The notes under the pieces were generated by a model, which saw nothing but the letters and a program-made list of their open reading frames with translations, made no database searches and was not told where the DNA came from. A DNA stretch of 64,000 nt from contig CAIXPS010000315.1 of assembly GCA_903921365.1 (NCBI GenBank), positions 19,629 to 83,628 of the forward strand. The letters are read 5' to 3'. The DNA comes from an uncultured bacterium (GTDB lineage Bacteria > Chloroflexota > Anaerolineae > J036 > Brachytrichaceae). Every line of letters begins with the position of its first letter. Positions within the stretch are counted from its first letter, which is position 1. Of this stretch, positions 19,972 through 29,497 are shown one piece after another. Made by a program: the position numbers and the translations under genes.

Positions 19972-19996
19972 CCGCGAACGGCTTCATCGCAAGCAC

Positions 19997-21322
19997 ATGC
20001 CCACACGACGACTGTTGTTGTTGATACTCATCGCGGCGCCTCTGCTTGGCCTGGCAGAGTTGGCTCCGGTGTTTGGCGCCGTCGCTTTGTTGTATGCCGC
20101 GATCGTCTGCGCGGCTGCGCTGTTGGACTTGCGATTAATGGATCGGCATGGCGCCTTCGATCTGCAACGTAGGCATGATCAACGCTTGTCGCTTGGGGCC
20201 GATAACCCCATCACGATCGTGGTGACGCATCGCGGTCAACATGATACGCTGATCGAGTTGCGCGACGAACCTCCGGACGCCTGGTTGACGAAGCCGGATG
20301 GGTCGGCAACTCCGCCAGTGTTTACATTCCCGTTGGCCGTCCGGGCAACGCGCGAGTTGAACTACACTGTCCGCCCGTTGCGCCGAGGGGACTACCGCTT
20401 CGAGCGCATCACCTTGCGCTGGACGGGGCCGCTGGCGTTAATGCGGCGGCAGCACACTTACGACATGGCACAACCGGTGCAGGTCTACCCGAATGTACTG
20501 GAAGTGCGCAAATATGATCTGTTGTTGCGCCGGAATCGACTTCAGGATATCGGCTTGCGCATCCAGCGGCGCTATGGCGAGGGACGTGAGTTCGAGCGCC
20601 TGCGCGAGTACCAGCCCGACGACGACTTTCGCCATATTTCGTGGAAGGCCACGGCGCGGCGTCATAAGCCTATCACGATGGAGTTCGAATCCGAACGCAG
20701 CCAGACGATCTTCGTGGCGTTTGATGTGGGTCGGATGATGAACGCGCCGGTCGGCGAGATGACCCGCCTGGACTATGTGATCAACTCGGTGCTGCTGTTC
20801 AGCTACGTGGTGCTTGGAAAAGGCGACAAAGTCGGCATGATGACGTTTGCGGACACAGTGACGCACTACATCGAGCCCAAACCAGGGCGGGCGCAGTTCT
20901 ACCGCATGCTGGATCTGCTATATCGCGTTGAAACACAACCCATCGAACCCGACTTCAGACAGGCGCTCAATTATCTTAAGCTCAAACAACGCCGTCGCGC
21001 GCTCGTCGTGGTATTCACGGATTTGGCAGGCGGTATGTCCATGCAGCAACTGGCTTCGGGTGTGATCGGCTTGCGTCCGCCGCATCTACCTTTGATCGTC
21101 ACGATCAGCGATCCCGTTCTAAAGGATCTCGCGACGACGGCGCCGGTCAGTGAAGCGAGCGTCTACGAACGTTCTGTTGCACAGCGCGTGCTCGATAACC
21201 GGCGCGCTGTGTTACACCGGATGGAGATGCAGGGGGCAATGACGCTGGATGTGCCGGCCTCGCAACTGTCGGCATCGGTGATCAACAAATACCTGGATAT
21301 CAAGGAGAAGGGGATTCTTTAG
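19997..21322 (+). CDS. DUF58-domain protein (VWA-like partner of MoxR)
   Basis: GEGREFERLREYQPDDDFRHISWKATAR motif; N-terminal TM helices; follows MoxR. Confidence 0.85.
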   Translation: MPTRRLLLLILIAAPLLGLAELAPVFGAVALLYAAIVCAAALLDLRLMDRHGAFDLQRRHDQRLSLGADNPITIVVTHRGQHDTLIELRDEPPDAWLTKPDGSATPPVFTFPLAVRATRELNYTVRPLRRGDYRFERITLRWTGPLALMRRQHTYDMAQPVQVYPNVLEVRKYDLLLRRNRLQDIGLRIQRRYGEGREFERLREYQPDDDFRHISWKATARRHKPITMEFESERSQTIFVAFDVGRMMNAPVGEMTRLDYVINSVLLFSYVVLGKGDKVGMMTFADTVTHYIEPKPGRAQFYRMLDLLYRVETQPIEPDFRQALNYLKLKQRRRALVVVFTDLAGGMSMQQLASGVIGLRPPHLPLIVTISDPVLKDLATTAPVSEASVYERSVAQRVLDNRRAVLHRMEMQGAMTLDVPASQLSASVINKYLDIKEKGIL

Positions 21323-22274
21323 GTTTTCTTCCGCCGAGAAGCAACAGGGTGACCATCAACGCGCCTGAGACGGCTGCGGCGATGCCGCTGTACAACGGAT
21401 TGAACTGCGGCGAGATAAAGCCTTCAATCATACCGGCGATGACGAGGAGCGGGATTGAACCGCCTGCCAGCACAATGGCCTCGCGCGTTGCCAGGATCAG
21501 CGCATCCTTGCGTGATTGTGCGCCTGGGCGCACGATTGCCCAGCCCATGCGCAATCCTGCGCCACCTGCCATAAAGATGACGGAAAGCTCAATCACCCCG
21601 TGGCCGATGATAAAGTTGACCAAACGCCACCCCAGACCATAGTGAAAGCACAGCCCCATCAGGCCGCCGACTGAAAGCCCGTTGGTCAGAAGAATGTAAA
21701 GAGTGACCAGTCCAGCGCTTGCGCCGCCTGCAAACGCCATCAGGCTGACCTGGATATTATTGGTCATGATGAATGCTGAAGCGTAGGGCCGTTTGTCCTC
21801 GGGCAGGTCGATCCACAGCTTACCGCTTCTGACCAACGGAATCAATTGCTTCTCGCTGTCGCTGAAAGTCCACTCAGCGACATCCGGTTGCAGATACACA
21901 AGAATGCCATTTGCAACTGCCGGCACTGCCACCGTCAGGAATGCGCACACGATAAAAGGAAAAAGTCGGCGAAAGGCGCGCGGGAACTGTGAGAACAAGA
22001 AGTCGATCAGGTTTAGCCCCTGAGAGGGGCGTCCGCGATACACCGCCGCGTGGGCGCGGGCGACCAGTTGGTTAAGGTGCGTGGCGACCCGCTGCCCTTT
22101 GTAGTCTCGCTGCGCCAGCGCGAAATCACTGGTCACGTTGCGGTATAACTCGCCGAGTTCTTCCAGTTCGTCTGGTTTCATGCGGCGTATGCCGTTGCCC
22201 GCGGCTTTCCCGACGAGTTGAGCAAGCCTTTCCCACTTATCCTTGTTCTGGGTTACGAACTGGTCGACATGCAT
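21300..22274 (-). CDS. SpoIIM-like (DUF95) membrane protein
   Basis: N-terminal cytoplasmic helix bundle (FVTQNKDKWERLAQLV) then about 6 TM helices with HGVIELSVIFMAGGAG motif. Confidence 0.7.
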   Translation of the reverse strand: MHVDQFVTQNKDKWERLAQLVGKAAGNGIRRMKPDELEELGELYRNVTSDFALAQRDYKGQRVATHLNQLVARAHAAVYRGRPSQGLNLIDFLFSQFPRAFRRLFPFIVCAFLTVAVPAVANGILVYLQPDVAEWTFSDSEKQLIPLVRSGKLWIDLPEDKRPYASAFIMTNNIQVSLMAFAGGASAGLVTLYILLTNGLSVGGLMGLCFHYGLGWRLVNFIIGHGVIELSVIFMAGGAGLRMGWAIVRPGAQSRKDALILATREAIVLAGGSIPLLVIAGMIEGFISPQFNPLYSGIAAAVSGALMVTLLLLGGRKPKESPSP

Positions 22275-22283
22275 GGTTTACGT

Positions 22284-23396
22284 TTAGCTCGCGCGCCCCA
22301 GCAGGCTGCGCCCCAACTCCTGCAAAGCATCCGCAGCAGGACCGCTGATTTGCGCTGCTGCGAGCGCCCCGACAGACTTGTTGTAGGCATCGAGCGCAGC
22401 CTGCTCTGTGTAAGCGCGCCCACCGCAATTCTCAATTAATGTGCGCAGTAGCTTGATCTTGCCACTGTCCATTGTGTCCGTTGCGTCTATGGGCGACTCG
22501 CCGCCGTCACGCGCTGGCTGGCCAAAATAGAGGGCGCGAATAGCAGCGTCATGTTCCGCGGCAAATAACACCGGGAGTGTCTTTTTGCGATGGCTGAGAT
22601 CGCTATCCTGCTTGCCCGTTTTCTCCGGGTCGCCCCAGATGCCCAGCACGTCGTCCTGCAACTGGAAGGCGATTCCCAGCCATGCGCCAAATTCTGCCAA
22701 TGCGGTCACGCGCCATGCGGGCGCGTCAGCGAGGATTGCGCCAATGGCGCAGGCAGCCTGAGTGAGAGCGCCCGTTTTACCCTTGATCATTGTCATGTAT
22801 TCATCTGATGACACATCCGCGCGGTTTTCAAAACTCAGGTCCAGGTGCTGCCCGATTGTAAGTGCGACGCATGCATCGTCAAAAACGCGCATGGCGCGTA
22901 TCACCCGTTCCGCGCTGATTCCGCGATCGATGGTTGATTCCAGGGCAATATGCGCCAGCGTGAACATCGCATCACCGCTGTTGATTGCCTGTGGCTCGCC
23001 CCACACTTTCCACAATGTCGGCCGACCCCGGCGCAACTCATCGCAATCTTCGATGTCATCGTGAATCAGAGAGAAGTTATGCAACATCTCAACTGCGGCC
23101 GCGCCTGGGAGCGCCGCTTCCATCGTCCCGCCGCAGGCCTCGCAACACAGCAGTGTGAGTAGAGGGCGGATACGTTTACCGCCATATACGCGCGTCGTAG
23201 AACCATCGGCATCCACGAAGCCGAGGTGGTAGTTCAACATCGTGTTGAAAATCGCGGGTTGGCTGATATCCAGTCCCGCGGTGCTGCTTACCGCCGCGTG
23301 GGGAGTGACGTGGGGAGTGACAATGCGGTGCATTTCCTCTTCGATGCGTGGGAGCAGGTCTGTAAAGTATGTGTTGAGTGTGTTCTCTGGATCCAT
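22284..23396 (-). CDS. polyprenyl diphosphate synthase (chain length not assignable)
   Basis: First Asp-rich motif LIHDDIEDCDELRRGRP and second FQLQDDVLG. Confidence 0.88.
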   Translation of the reverse strand: MDPENTLNTYFTDLLPRIEEEMHRIVTPHVTPHAAVSSTAGLDISQPAIFNTMLNYHLGFVDADGSTTRVYGGKRIRPLLTLLCCEACGGTMEAALPGAAAVEMLHNFSLIHDDIEDCDELRRGRPTLWKVWGEPQAINSGDAMFTLAHIALESTIDRGISAERVIRAMRVFDDACVALTIGQHLDLSFENRADVSSDEYMTMIKGKTGALTQAACAIGAILADAPAWRVTALAEFGAWLGIAFQLQDDVLGIWGDPEKTGKQDSDLSHRKKTLPVLFAAEHDAAIRALYFGQPARDGGESPIDATDTMDSGKIKLLRTLIENCGGRAYTEQAALDAYNKSVGALAAAQISGPAADALQELGRSLLGRAS

Positions 23397-23400
23397 GTTT

Positions 23401-24156
23401 CTATGCTGTTTTAGTCCTAAGACTTTGACGTGTAATACCTAATGCCGTTATAAGCCAGATGATCGCAACGATGTAACCGGCGAGGACATCACTAGGCCAG
23501 TGTACACCGAGATAAAGCCGGCCGAAACCCACACCGGCGATGATGATGATTGCAAACAACAACGCAGCGATGCACAGGCGCGACTGGCGCCGCGCGATGA
23601 TTGCAATCGCCCCATAGGCAACGAAGACGGTCACCGCGTGACCACTGGGGTAGGCGAAACGCTGGAAGCCGGCCTGCAATTCGGGCAGCAGGGTCTGGAT
23701 GGAATCCACGCGAGGGGGCAACCGCTCAATCAGCAAGCGCATCGTGATGTTGGTCACCATTGCGCCGCCGTATGCGATGAGCGGCCAGGCCGCCCGCCAC
23801 ATCGACCCTATGGTGGAACTGATACCTCTGGGCACCCCGGAACGCGGCGAGGAACGCGGCGAGGAACGCGGCGAGGAACGCGGCGCTCTGGATGTTCTGC
23901 GCCATTCAAGGAGCGTCAAACCGGCGCACAACACGATTGTCGGGATGGCTGAGCCCATGAATGTGAGTATTGAAATGATCTGGGTCAAAGCGGGATTGCG
24001 AATACTCATCGCTGCCAGCAATACTCTCATATCACCGGGAAGACTCCCGCCCAGCACAATTGGGACGCTGATGATGACAAGCGCGCCCAGGCTGATCAGA
24101 AACATGGGCACGAATGGGTTGTCGCTGGATGTCATTGCGACGCGAATCGATCTCAT
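23401..24156 (-). CDS. PAP2-family lipid phosphatase with SSPR repeat insertion
   Basis: PAP2 motifs YPSGHAV and YLGVHWPSDVLAG; multi-TM; 4-nt gap to the polyprenyl synthase gene. Confidence 0.8.
   Translation of the reverse strand: MRSIRVAMTSSDNPFVPMFLISLGALVIISVPIVLGGSLPGDMRVLLAAMSIRNPALTQIISILTFMGSAIPTIVLCAGLTLLEWRRTSRAPRSSPRSSPRSSPRSGVPRGISSTIGSMWRAAWPLIAYGGAMVTNITMRLLIERLPPRVDSIQTLLPELQAGFQRFAYPSGHAVTVFVAYGAIAIIARRQSRLCIAALLFAIIIIAGVGFGRLYLGVHWPSDVLAGYIVAIIWLITALGITRQSLRTKTA
23839..23885. repeat. 12-bp tandem repeat GGAACGCGGCGA x3.9 inside the PAP2 gene (encodes SSPR repeats)
   Basis: Units at 23839, 23851 and 23863 are identical; a fourth copy is 11 of 12. Confidence 0.9.
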
Positions 24157-24229
24157 ATGGCGTTATGCTACACTGACATTTCAAATATGATTTTCACTGC
24201 TACTCTGGCTACAAGGTGATTATTATTGC

Positions 24230-25075
24230 ATGGTTACAACCTTTGAACTCACAGATACTGGTGTAAGCGCACTGGGCAGTGCGGATAATATGAACACAGC
24301 ATCCGCAGGCCTGCCTGTTGGCTCATATACCACTTTCCGCACATACTCAGGCGAATGTGTTCTGCGCCATGAAAATCACGTGACCCGGCTGGTCGCGTCT
24401 GCCGCGTTGCTGGGTATGAGCGGGGCGCTCGACCCCGACACGGTGCGCGTTGCGATCGGGAGTATTCTGCGCGCAACGGGTTATGCGGAGTCGCGTTTCC
24501 GGCTGACGTTTTCGCCGCCGCGCCTATTTATCTCGGTCGAGCCATTCACCCCATACCCGTCGTCCTGCTACGAGACTGGCGTAAAGTGCATCACCGTGGC
24601 TCAGCATCGCGATAACCCGCATGCGAAGAGCACTGCGTTCATCGCTTCGGCCAGCGATGCCTACAAGGTTCTCCCACGTGGGATTCACGAAGGGCTTATG
24701 CTCTCTGCTGAGGACGATGTCCTGGAAGGACTGAGCAGCAACTTCTTTGCGTTGCGTGATGGCGTCTTGCACACGGAACAGGCGCGCGCGCTTGTTGGTG
24801 TGACGCAGTCGCTGGCGATTGAAGTCGCCTGTATGGTCGCCCCCAATATGCCGCAGTCGGCACAGGCGATCAAACTTGCTGATTTACCGCGGGTTGCCGA
24901 GTGCTTCATAACCAGCGTGTCGCGTGAGATTATGCCGGTGGTCCAGATCGATGGCGCTGTCATAGGCGCAGGGGCTCCTGGCCCATTCACCCGCTCGCTG
25001 ATCGACGGCCTGGCTGCGTTAATCGCGCGTGAAGCGCGCTCTGTGTTTGCCCGTCCCACTGTTTTCAGGGTTTAG
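24230..25075 (+). CDS. class IV aminotransferase-fold protein (BCAT/ADC-lyase family)
   Basis: EGLSSNFFALRDGVLHT...LVGVTQSLAIE pattern of PLP fold-type IV enzymes. Confidence 0.7.
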   Translation: MVTTFELTDTGVSALGSADNMNTASAGLPVGSYTTFRTYSGECVLRHENHVTRLVASAALLGMSGALDPDTVRVAIGSILRATGYAESRFRLTFSPPRLFISVEPFTPYPSSCYETGVKCITVAQHRDNPHAKSTAFIASASDAYKVLPRGIHEGLMLSAEDDVLEGLSSNFFALRDGVLHTEQARALVGVTQSLAIEVACMVAPNMPQSAQAIKLADLPRVAECFITSVSREIMPVVQIDGAVIGAGAPGPFTRSLIDGLAALIAREARSVFARPTVFRV

Positions 25076-26174
25076 ACCCGGCAGCTGTGTTTGGCGTCGC
25101 CGAAAAGAACGAGTCGCGGAGTTGCGCGATCTTCGAACGGATCGGCACCTGCACCCATTGGGGTGGGTCCGTCATTGTTGAGGCGAATTCAGTATAGTTT
25201 TGGTCGAGCACGCCCATCTTGATGTTCTTGCGATCCACCTTTTGCGCGAGAGCCGCCAATTGCTGCATCTGTTCAAAAGTGAGGTCGGTCTTAACCGATG
25301 CATTAAACTTTGCAATCAACGCGGGCGCGTTTGCAAGCACCGAAAGAAACACCTGGGGGTCTGTCAACTTGTCCTTGACGGCCAGCATGACGAGTTGCTG
25401 GTCGCGGGCGCGGTCAAAGTCCCCATTGACCAGGCTGTGCCGGGTGCGCGCGAATTTCAACGCGGTAGCGCCGTTCAAGTTGTGGATGCCTTTCGTGATC
25501 GAAAATACCTCGGTGCGATAGTCGGCGGTGGGGTACTCCGGGTCGTAAATATCGAGGGGCACGTCGACCGTGATACCGCCAATCTGATCGACGAATTCCT
25601 CGAAGGCCGAAAAGTTAACCCGCGCATAGAAGTTGATCGGGATGCCGAGGACTTGCTCAACCGTCTTGCGCGCCAGTTCTGGCCCGCCGCCAGGATAATC
25701 AAAAGCGTCTCCGAGGAAATTGGCCGTGTTGATGCGCCCATTCTCGTAACCCGGTAACGGAACCCACAGATCGCGCGGGACGGACAGTATCCCGGCTTGT
25801 AACGTCACCGGATCCAGCGTCAACACGATCATCGTGTCGGTTCTGCCCGGATCTTTCTCGCCCTCGCGCTGATCGATGCCGGTCACGAGCACATTGACCC
25901 GTTCTTTGCCGTTCCACGGTCGAGGCAGTTGAGGAGGCTGCACCTGGGGGACAACTGTGCTGGTGATTGTGGATTGCAGGGGTTCGGGGGTAATGTAGTA
26001 GTCGATGTTCATCTGCGGGGCCTGACCATAGTTGCACAGCCAGTTGGCCGCCAATTCACCGCCCGCACAGAAGTTATAGGCAGCGCGATTTACGTAGATG
26101 CTCAAACCTAAACCTGCGAGCAGGAGTAGTGTGCACACCCAGAAAATCTTTCTTCGCACAACAGTCGCAATCAC
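25065..26174 (-). CDS. LytR-CpsA-Psr (LCP) family protein
   Basis: N-terminal TM helix; RTDTMIVLTLDP, ILSVPRDLWVPL, ALKFARTRH motifs. Confidence 0.88.
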   Translation of the reverse strand: MIATVVRRKIFWVCTLLLLAGLGLSIYVNRAAYNFCAGGELAANWLCNYGQAPQMNIDYYITPEPLQSTITSTVVPQVQPPQLPRPWNGKERVNVLVTGIDQREGEKDPGRTDTMIVLTLDPVTLQAGILSVPRDLWVPLPGYENGRINTANFLGDAFDYPGGGPELARKTVEQVLGIPINFYARVNFSAFEEFVDQIGGITVDVPLDIYDPEYPTADYRTEVFSITKGIHNLNGATALKFARTRHSLVNGDFDRARDQQLVMLAVKDKLTDPQVFLSVLANAPALIAKFNASVKTDLTFEQMQQLAALAQKVDRKNIKMGVLDQNYTEFASTMTDPPQWVQVPIRSKIAQLRDSFFSATPNTAAGSKP

Positions 26175-26240
26175 GAGGTGAATATACCATTATTGTTGAT
26201 GCGCATTGATCGCGCCGACTTGGACTAGAATCATTGCACC

Positions 26241-27140
26241 ATGGAGGATATGATTTTCTCACCTGAAGTTAGCGAAGCCATCCGGCAACGACGCCCGGTG
26301 GTGGCGCTTGAATCTACGTTGATTACGCACGGTTTTGCCTATCCGCGCAATGTCGAGGTGGCAACACAGATGGAAGACGCAGTGCGTGAATGCGGCGCAC
26401 AACCTGCAACTGTGGCCGTGCTTGATGGCAATATCACCATCGGGCTGAATGCGGAACAAATCGAGCATCTGGCGACGACGCGCCAGGCGCGCAAGTGCAG
26501 CGTGCGCGATCTTGGGATTGTGATGGGTCTCGGCCTGGACGGCTCGACGACCGTCGCTGCGACGATGTTTATCGCGGCGCGCGCCGGCATCAGTGTGTTT
26601 GCCACTGGCGGGATTGGCGGTGTGCATCGGGGACATCCGTTCGATGTGAGCGCCGACCTGACCGAGCTTGGGCGCACGCCGGTGACCGTTGTGTGCGCCG
26701 GCGCGAAGGCATTACTCGACCTTCCCCTCACCTTTGAGCACCTCGAAACACTGGGCGTCCCCGTGCTGGGTTATCAGACCGACGACATACCCGCGTTTTA
26801 CTCGCGCAGCAGCGGCTTGCGCGCCGATGCGCGCATCAATATCCCCGGCGATCTGGCGGCAATTGTCAGGGCGCGGCGTGAACTGCATCTCCCCGGCGGT
26901 GAACTGGTGTGCGTTCCCGTGCCGCAGGAGGCTGAGTTGCCCCGCGATGTGGCCGAGGCGGCGATTCGCGGAGCACAGCGAATGGCGGATGACCTGGGGA
27001 TACACGGCGCGGCGGCCACGCCGTTCCTGCTCGATGAAATCGCTAAGCGAACCAATGGCGCCAGTGTGCGCGCTAATATCGCGCTTCTCGTCAATAATGC
27101 GCGAGTGGCCGCACAGATCGCAGCGGCATTACTCGCTTGA
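26241..27140 (+). CDS. psuG: pseudouridine-5'-phosphate glycosidase
   Basis: VVALESTLITHGFAYPRN, FATGGIGGVHRG, VVCAGAKALLDL motifs. Confidence 0.9.
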   Translation: MEDMIFSPEVSEAIRQRRPVVALESTLITHGFAYPRNVEVATQMEDAVRECGAQPATVAVLDGNITIGLNAEQIEHLATTRQARKCSVRDLGIVMGLGLDGSTTVAATMFIAARAGISVFATGGIGGVHRGHPFDVSADLTELGRTPVTVVCAGAKALLDLPLTFEHLETLGVPVLGYQTDDIPAFYSRSSGLRADARINIPGDLAAIVRARRELHLPGGELVCVPVPQEAELPRDVAEAAIRGAQRMADDLGIHGAAATPFLLDEIAKRTNGASVRANIALLVNNARVAAQIAAALLA

Positions 27141-27170
27141 ATTTACGGCACTAACAGGTCACACAACTCT

Positions 27171-28130
27171 ATGCATCAACCTTCCTCAAAAATCATTTTC
27201 GACACCGACCCTGGTGTAGACGACGCCATGGCGCTTTTGTTTGCGTTGCGCTCGCCTGAAATCGAGGTCATTGGCGTTACGACCGTCTTCGGTAATTCGA
27301 ACATTGATGTCACTACCCGCAACGCGCTTAACCTCCTGGATTTTGCTGGGAGGGCGGACATTCCAGTCGCTCGCGGGGCGGGGCGTCCTCTGGTCAATCC
27401 CCCTGGCCCGACTGCCGAGTGGGTGCATGGCGACGATGCCATGGGCAATATCGGCTGGGTAACGGTCAATAATCCGGATCAGCATCCGGTGAAGCTGCAC
27501 GCGGCAGAGTTCATCGTTGAGACGGTCATGGCGCATCCGGGCGAGATCACGTTGACCGCGGTCGGCCCGATGACCAACCTTGCGCTGGCGTTGCAACTTG
27601 AGCCACGCATCGCACAAAACGCGCGTGAAGTCGTCATCATGGGTGGAAACGTCCTGGCTTCAGGCAATGTGTCTCCCTTCGCAGAGGCAAACATCATGGG
27701 CGACCCGCATGCCGCCGCGTTGATGTTCAGCGCGGAGTGGCATATCACAATGGCCGGGCTGGATGTCACACAAAGCACCCAGATGGACGACGCATACTTC
27801 GCCGCACTCACGCAGTCTGGCGATCCTTTTGGCGGGTTCGTCAGTCGCGTCGCGGCGTTTTATCAGCAGTTTCACCGCGAATGGTATGGGTACGAGAACG
27901 GCGCAGTCGACACGCACGATCCTTCAGCGATTGCATACTTGATCGATCCCACGTTGTTTGTCGGCGAGCACTATAGTATCGTCGTGCCGGTGAGCGGCCC
28001 TGCCGAAGGGATGACCATTGCCGACCGGCGCGGCAAGTTCTACAAGACCCCCAAGGTCAACTGCCTCATGCAGGTAGACAGCCCGCGGCTTCTCGAATTG
28101 TATAAACAGCGCCTGACCAGCGAGCGATAA
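27171..28130 (+). CDS. inosine/uridine-preferring nucleoside hydrolase family protein
   Basis: N-terminal IIFDTDPGVDDAMAL Ca-binding signature; TAVGPMTNLALAL. Confidence 0.9.
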   Translation: MHQPSSKIIFDTDPGVDDAMALLFALRSPEIEVIGVTTVFGNSNIDVTTRNALNLLDFAGRADIPVARGAGRPLVNPPGPTAEWVHGDDAMGNIGWVTVNNPDQHPVKLHAAEFIVETVMAHPGEITLTAVGPMTNLALALQLEPRIAQNAREVVIMGGNVLASGNVSPFAEANIMGDPHAAALMFSAEWHITMAGLDVTQSTQMDDAYFAALTQSGDPFGGFVSRVAAFYQQFHREWYGYENGAVDTHDPSAIAYLIDPTLFVGEHYSIVVPVSGPAEGMTIADRRGKFYKTPKVNCLMQVDSPRLLELYKQRLTSER

Positions 28131-28229
28131 CGCCGTTTTCTGTAGAGGGCACGCTTCGCGCCTTGCGGTTGCCCATCCGCACACACCACAGCCTGAGTGT
28201 GTGTGGACCGGAGACCGGTCTGCGAGAGG

Positions 28230-28730
28230 TCAATCGATTGGCTCAGATACTGAACCCATGTCATCGTCCATCATGCCGCCCGGCATACCCATGCCGCCCA
28301 TTCCACCAGGCCCGCCCATCTCACCGCCTGCGCCCTCTCCGAGAATGTCACCCATGCTCTGTTCTATCTTTTCGGGGTCCTCGCCTTTTTCCAGCCGGCC
28401 AACGATTTCGTTAAACTCCGGCCCCATCTCTTCACCCGTCTCTGCGGACATTTTGCGCATAAAGCGACCGAGTGAGCGCGGGTCGTTCTCGTCCAGCCCG
28501 CCCAGTTCATTCATCATATTCGCATCGAGATCGCCGCCGCCTGGCGCGTCGCTCTCCGGAGCGCTCTTGCTGGCGCCGCGAATGACACGCACTTTTGAGA
28601 CCAGGCGGGTTAACTCGGCGCTCCCGCATTTGCTGCAACGGGCCTTGCTGTGGTCAACAGCGCTGATGCTGCGCCAGAAAACGGATGATTTGTGACGGCA
28701 CTTGGCACAACGATACTCAAATATTGGCAT
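28230..28730 (-). CDS. FmdB-family zinc-ribbon protein with Gly/Met-rich acidic tail
   Basis: MPIFEYRCAKC...CSKCGSAELTRLVS (two CxxC pairs); tail GGEMGGPGGMGGMGMPGGMMDDDMG. Confidence 0.8.
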   Translation of the reverse strand: MPIFEYRCAKCRHKSSVFWRSISAVDHSKARCSKCGSAELTRLVSKVRVIRGASKSAPESDAPGGGDLDANMMNELGGLDENDPRSLGRFMRKMSAETGEEMGPEFNEIVGRLEKGEDPEKIEQSMGDILGEGAGGEMGGPGGMGGMGMPGGMMDDDMGSVSEPID

Positions 28731-28843
28731 GTGGCGTATTTTAACGGATTGCGGCAAAGCGGATCAAGCTGATCTCTCGGTAATCGCGCGCGCGCCGTTT
28801 GCCGCGCATAGGCCATCAGTGGGGTAGAATCATTTATCATAAA

Positions 28844-29497
28844 ATGCAAAGCGAAAACGCGCCGCCAAATCTTGTTGCTTCAGAGCCCGGTTTATACGAT
28901 CGGGTATGGTCTCCGCTTCTGGTGGTGATCTCCGGCCCATCCGGTGTGGGTAAAGATACGCTGCTACAGCGGCTTAAGGATCATGGATATGACTTCGCGT
29001 TTGTTGTCACTATGACCACACGCCTGAGACGCGAGGCCGAGGTTGAGGGTAAGGATTACTACTTCGTCTCAATGGCGCAGTTCACTCAGATGATCGAGGC
29101 AGGTGAATTCCTGGAGTACAGCAATGTGTACGGGGATTACAAGGGCATTCCAAAAGCGCAGGTGCGCCGCGCCTGGGACAGTGGAAAAGATGTGTTGATG
29201 CGCATTGATGTGCAGGGCGCAGCCAAGGTGCGCGCTATCGTCCCGGATGCGGTCACTATTTTCCTGGCGCCAGAATCGGAGGAAGAGCTGGTGCGCCGGC
29301 TGATCGAACGCCACACAGAAACACCGCAGGCGTTGCAGCGTCGCCTGCAAACCGCACAACAGGAGATGACTTGCCTGTGTGAGTTTGATTACGTCGTTGT
29401 GAATCCGGCAAACCAGATCGATAAGGCGGTGGATCAGATAATCTCGATCATGTCTGCCGAACACTGCCGCGTCAATCGCTATCCTACCTGCATCTAA
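28844..29497 (+). CDS. gmk: guanylate kinase
   Basis: P-loop ISGPSGVGKDTL, TTRLRREAEVEGKDYYFVS, FLEYSNVYGDYKG. Confidence 0.9.
   Translation: MQSENAPPNLVASEPGLYDRVWSPLLVVISGPSGVGKDTLLQRLKDHGYDFAFVVTMTTRLRREAEVEGKDYYFVSMAQFTQMIEAGEFLEYSNVYGDYKGIPKAQVRRAWDSGKDVLMRIDVQGAAKVRAIVPDAVTIFLAPESEEELVRRLIERHTETPQALQRRLQTAQQEMTCLCEFDYVVVNPANQIDKAVDQIISIMSAEHCRVNRYPTCI

Noticed and set aside
28179-28225. CACACAC-10 nt-GTGTGTG and GACCGG/CCGGTC hairpins between the nucleoside hydrolase and FmdB genes as terminators
   Set aside because: The stems are short, the first has a large loop, and no U-tract follows on either strand. This is too weak to call.
28201-28695. 164-aa Pro-rich ORF on the plus strand
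   Set aside because: It is the mirror of the Gly/Met-rich tail of the FmdB zinc-ribbon gene. The minus-strand product has the clear MPIFEYRCAKC...CSKCGS signature.
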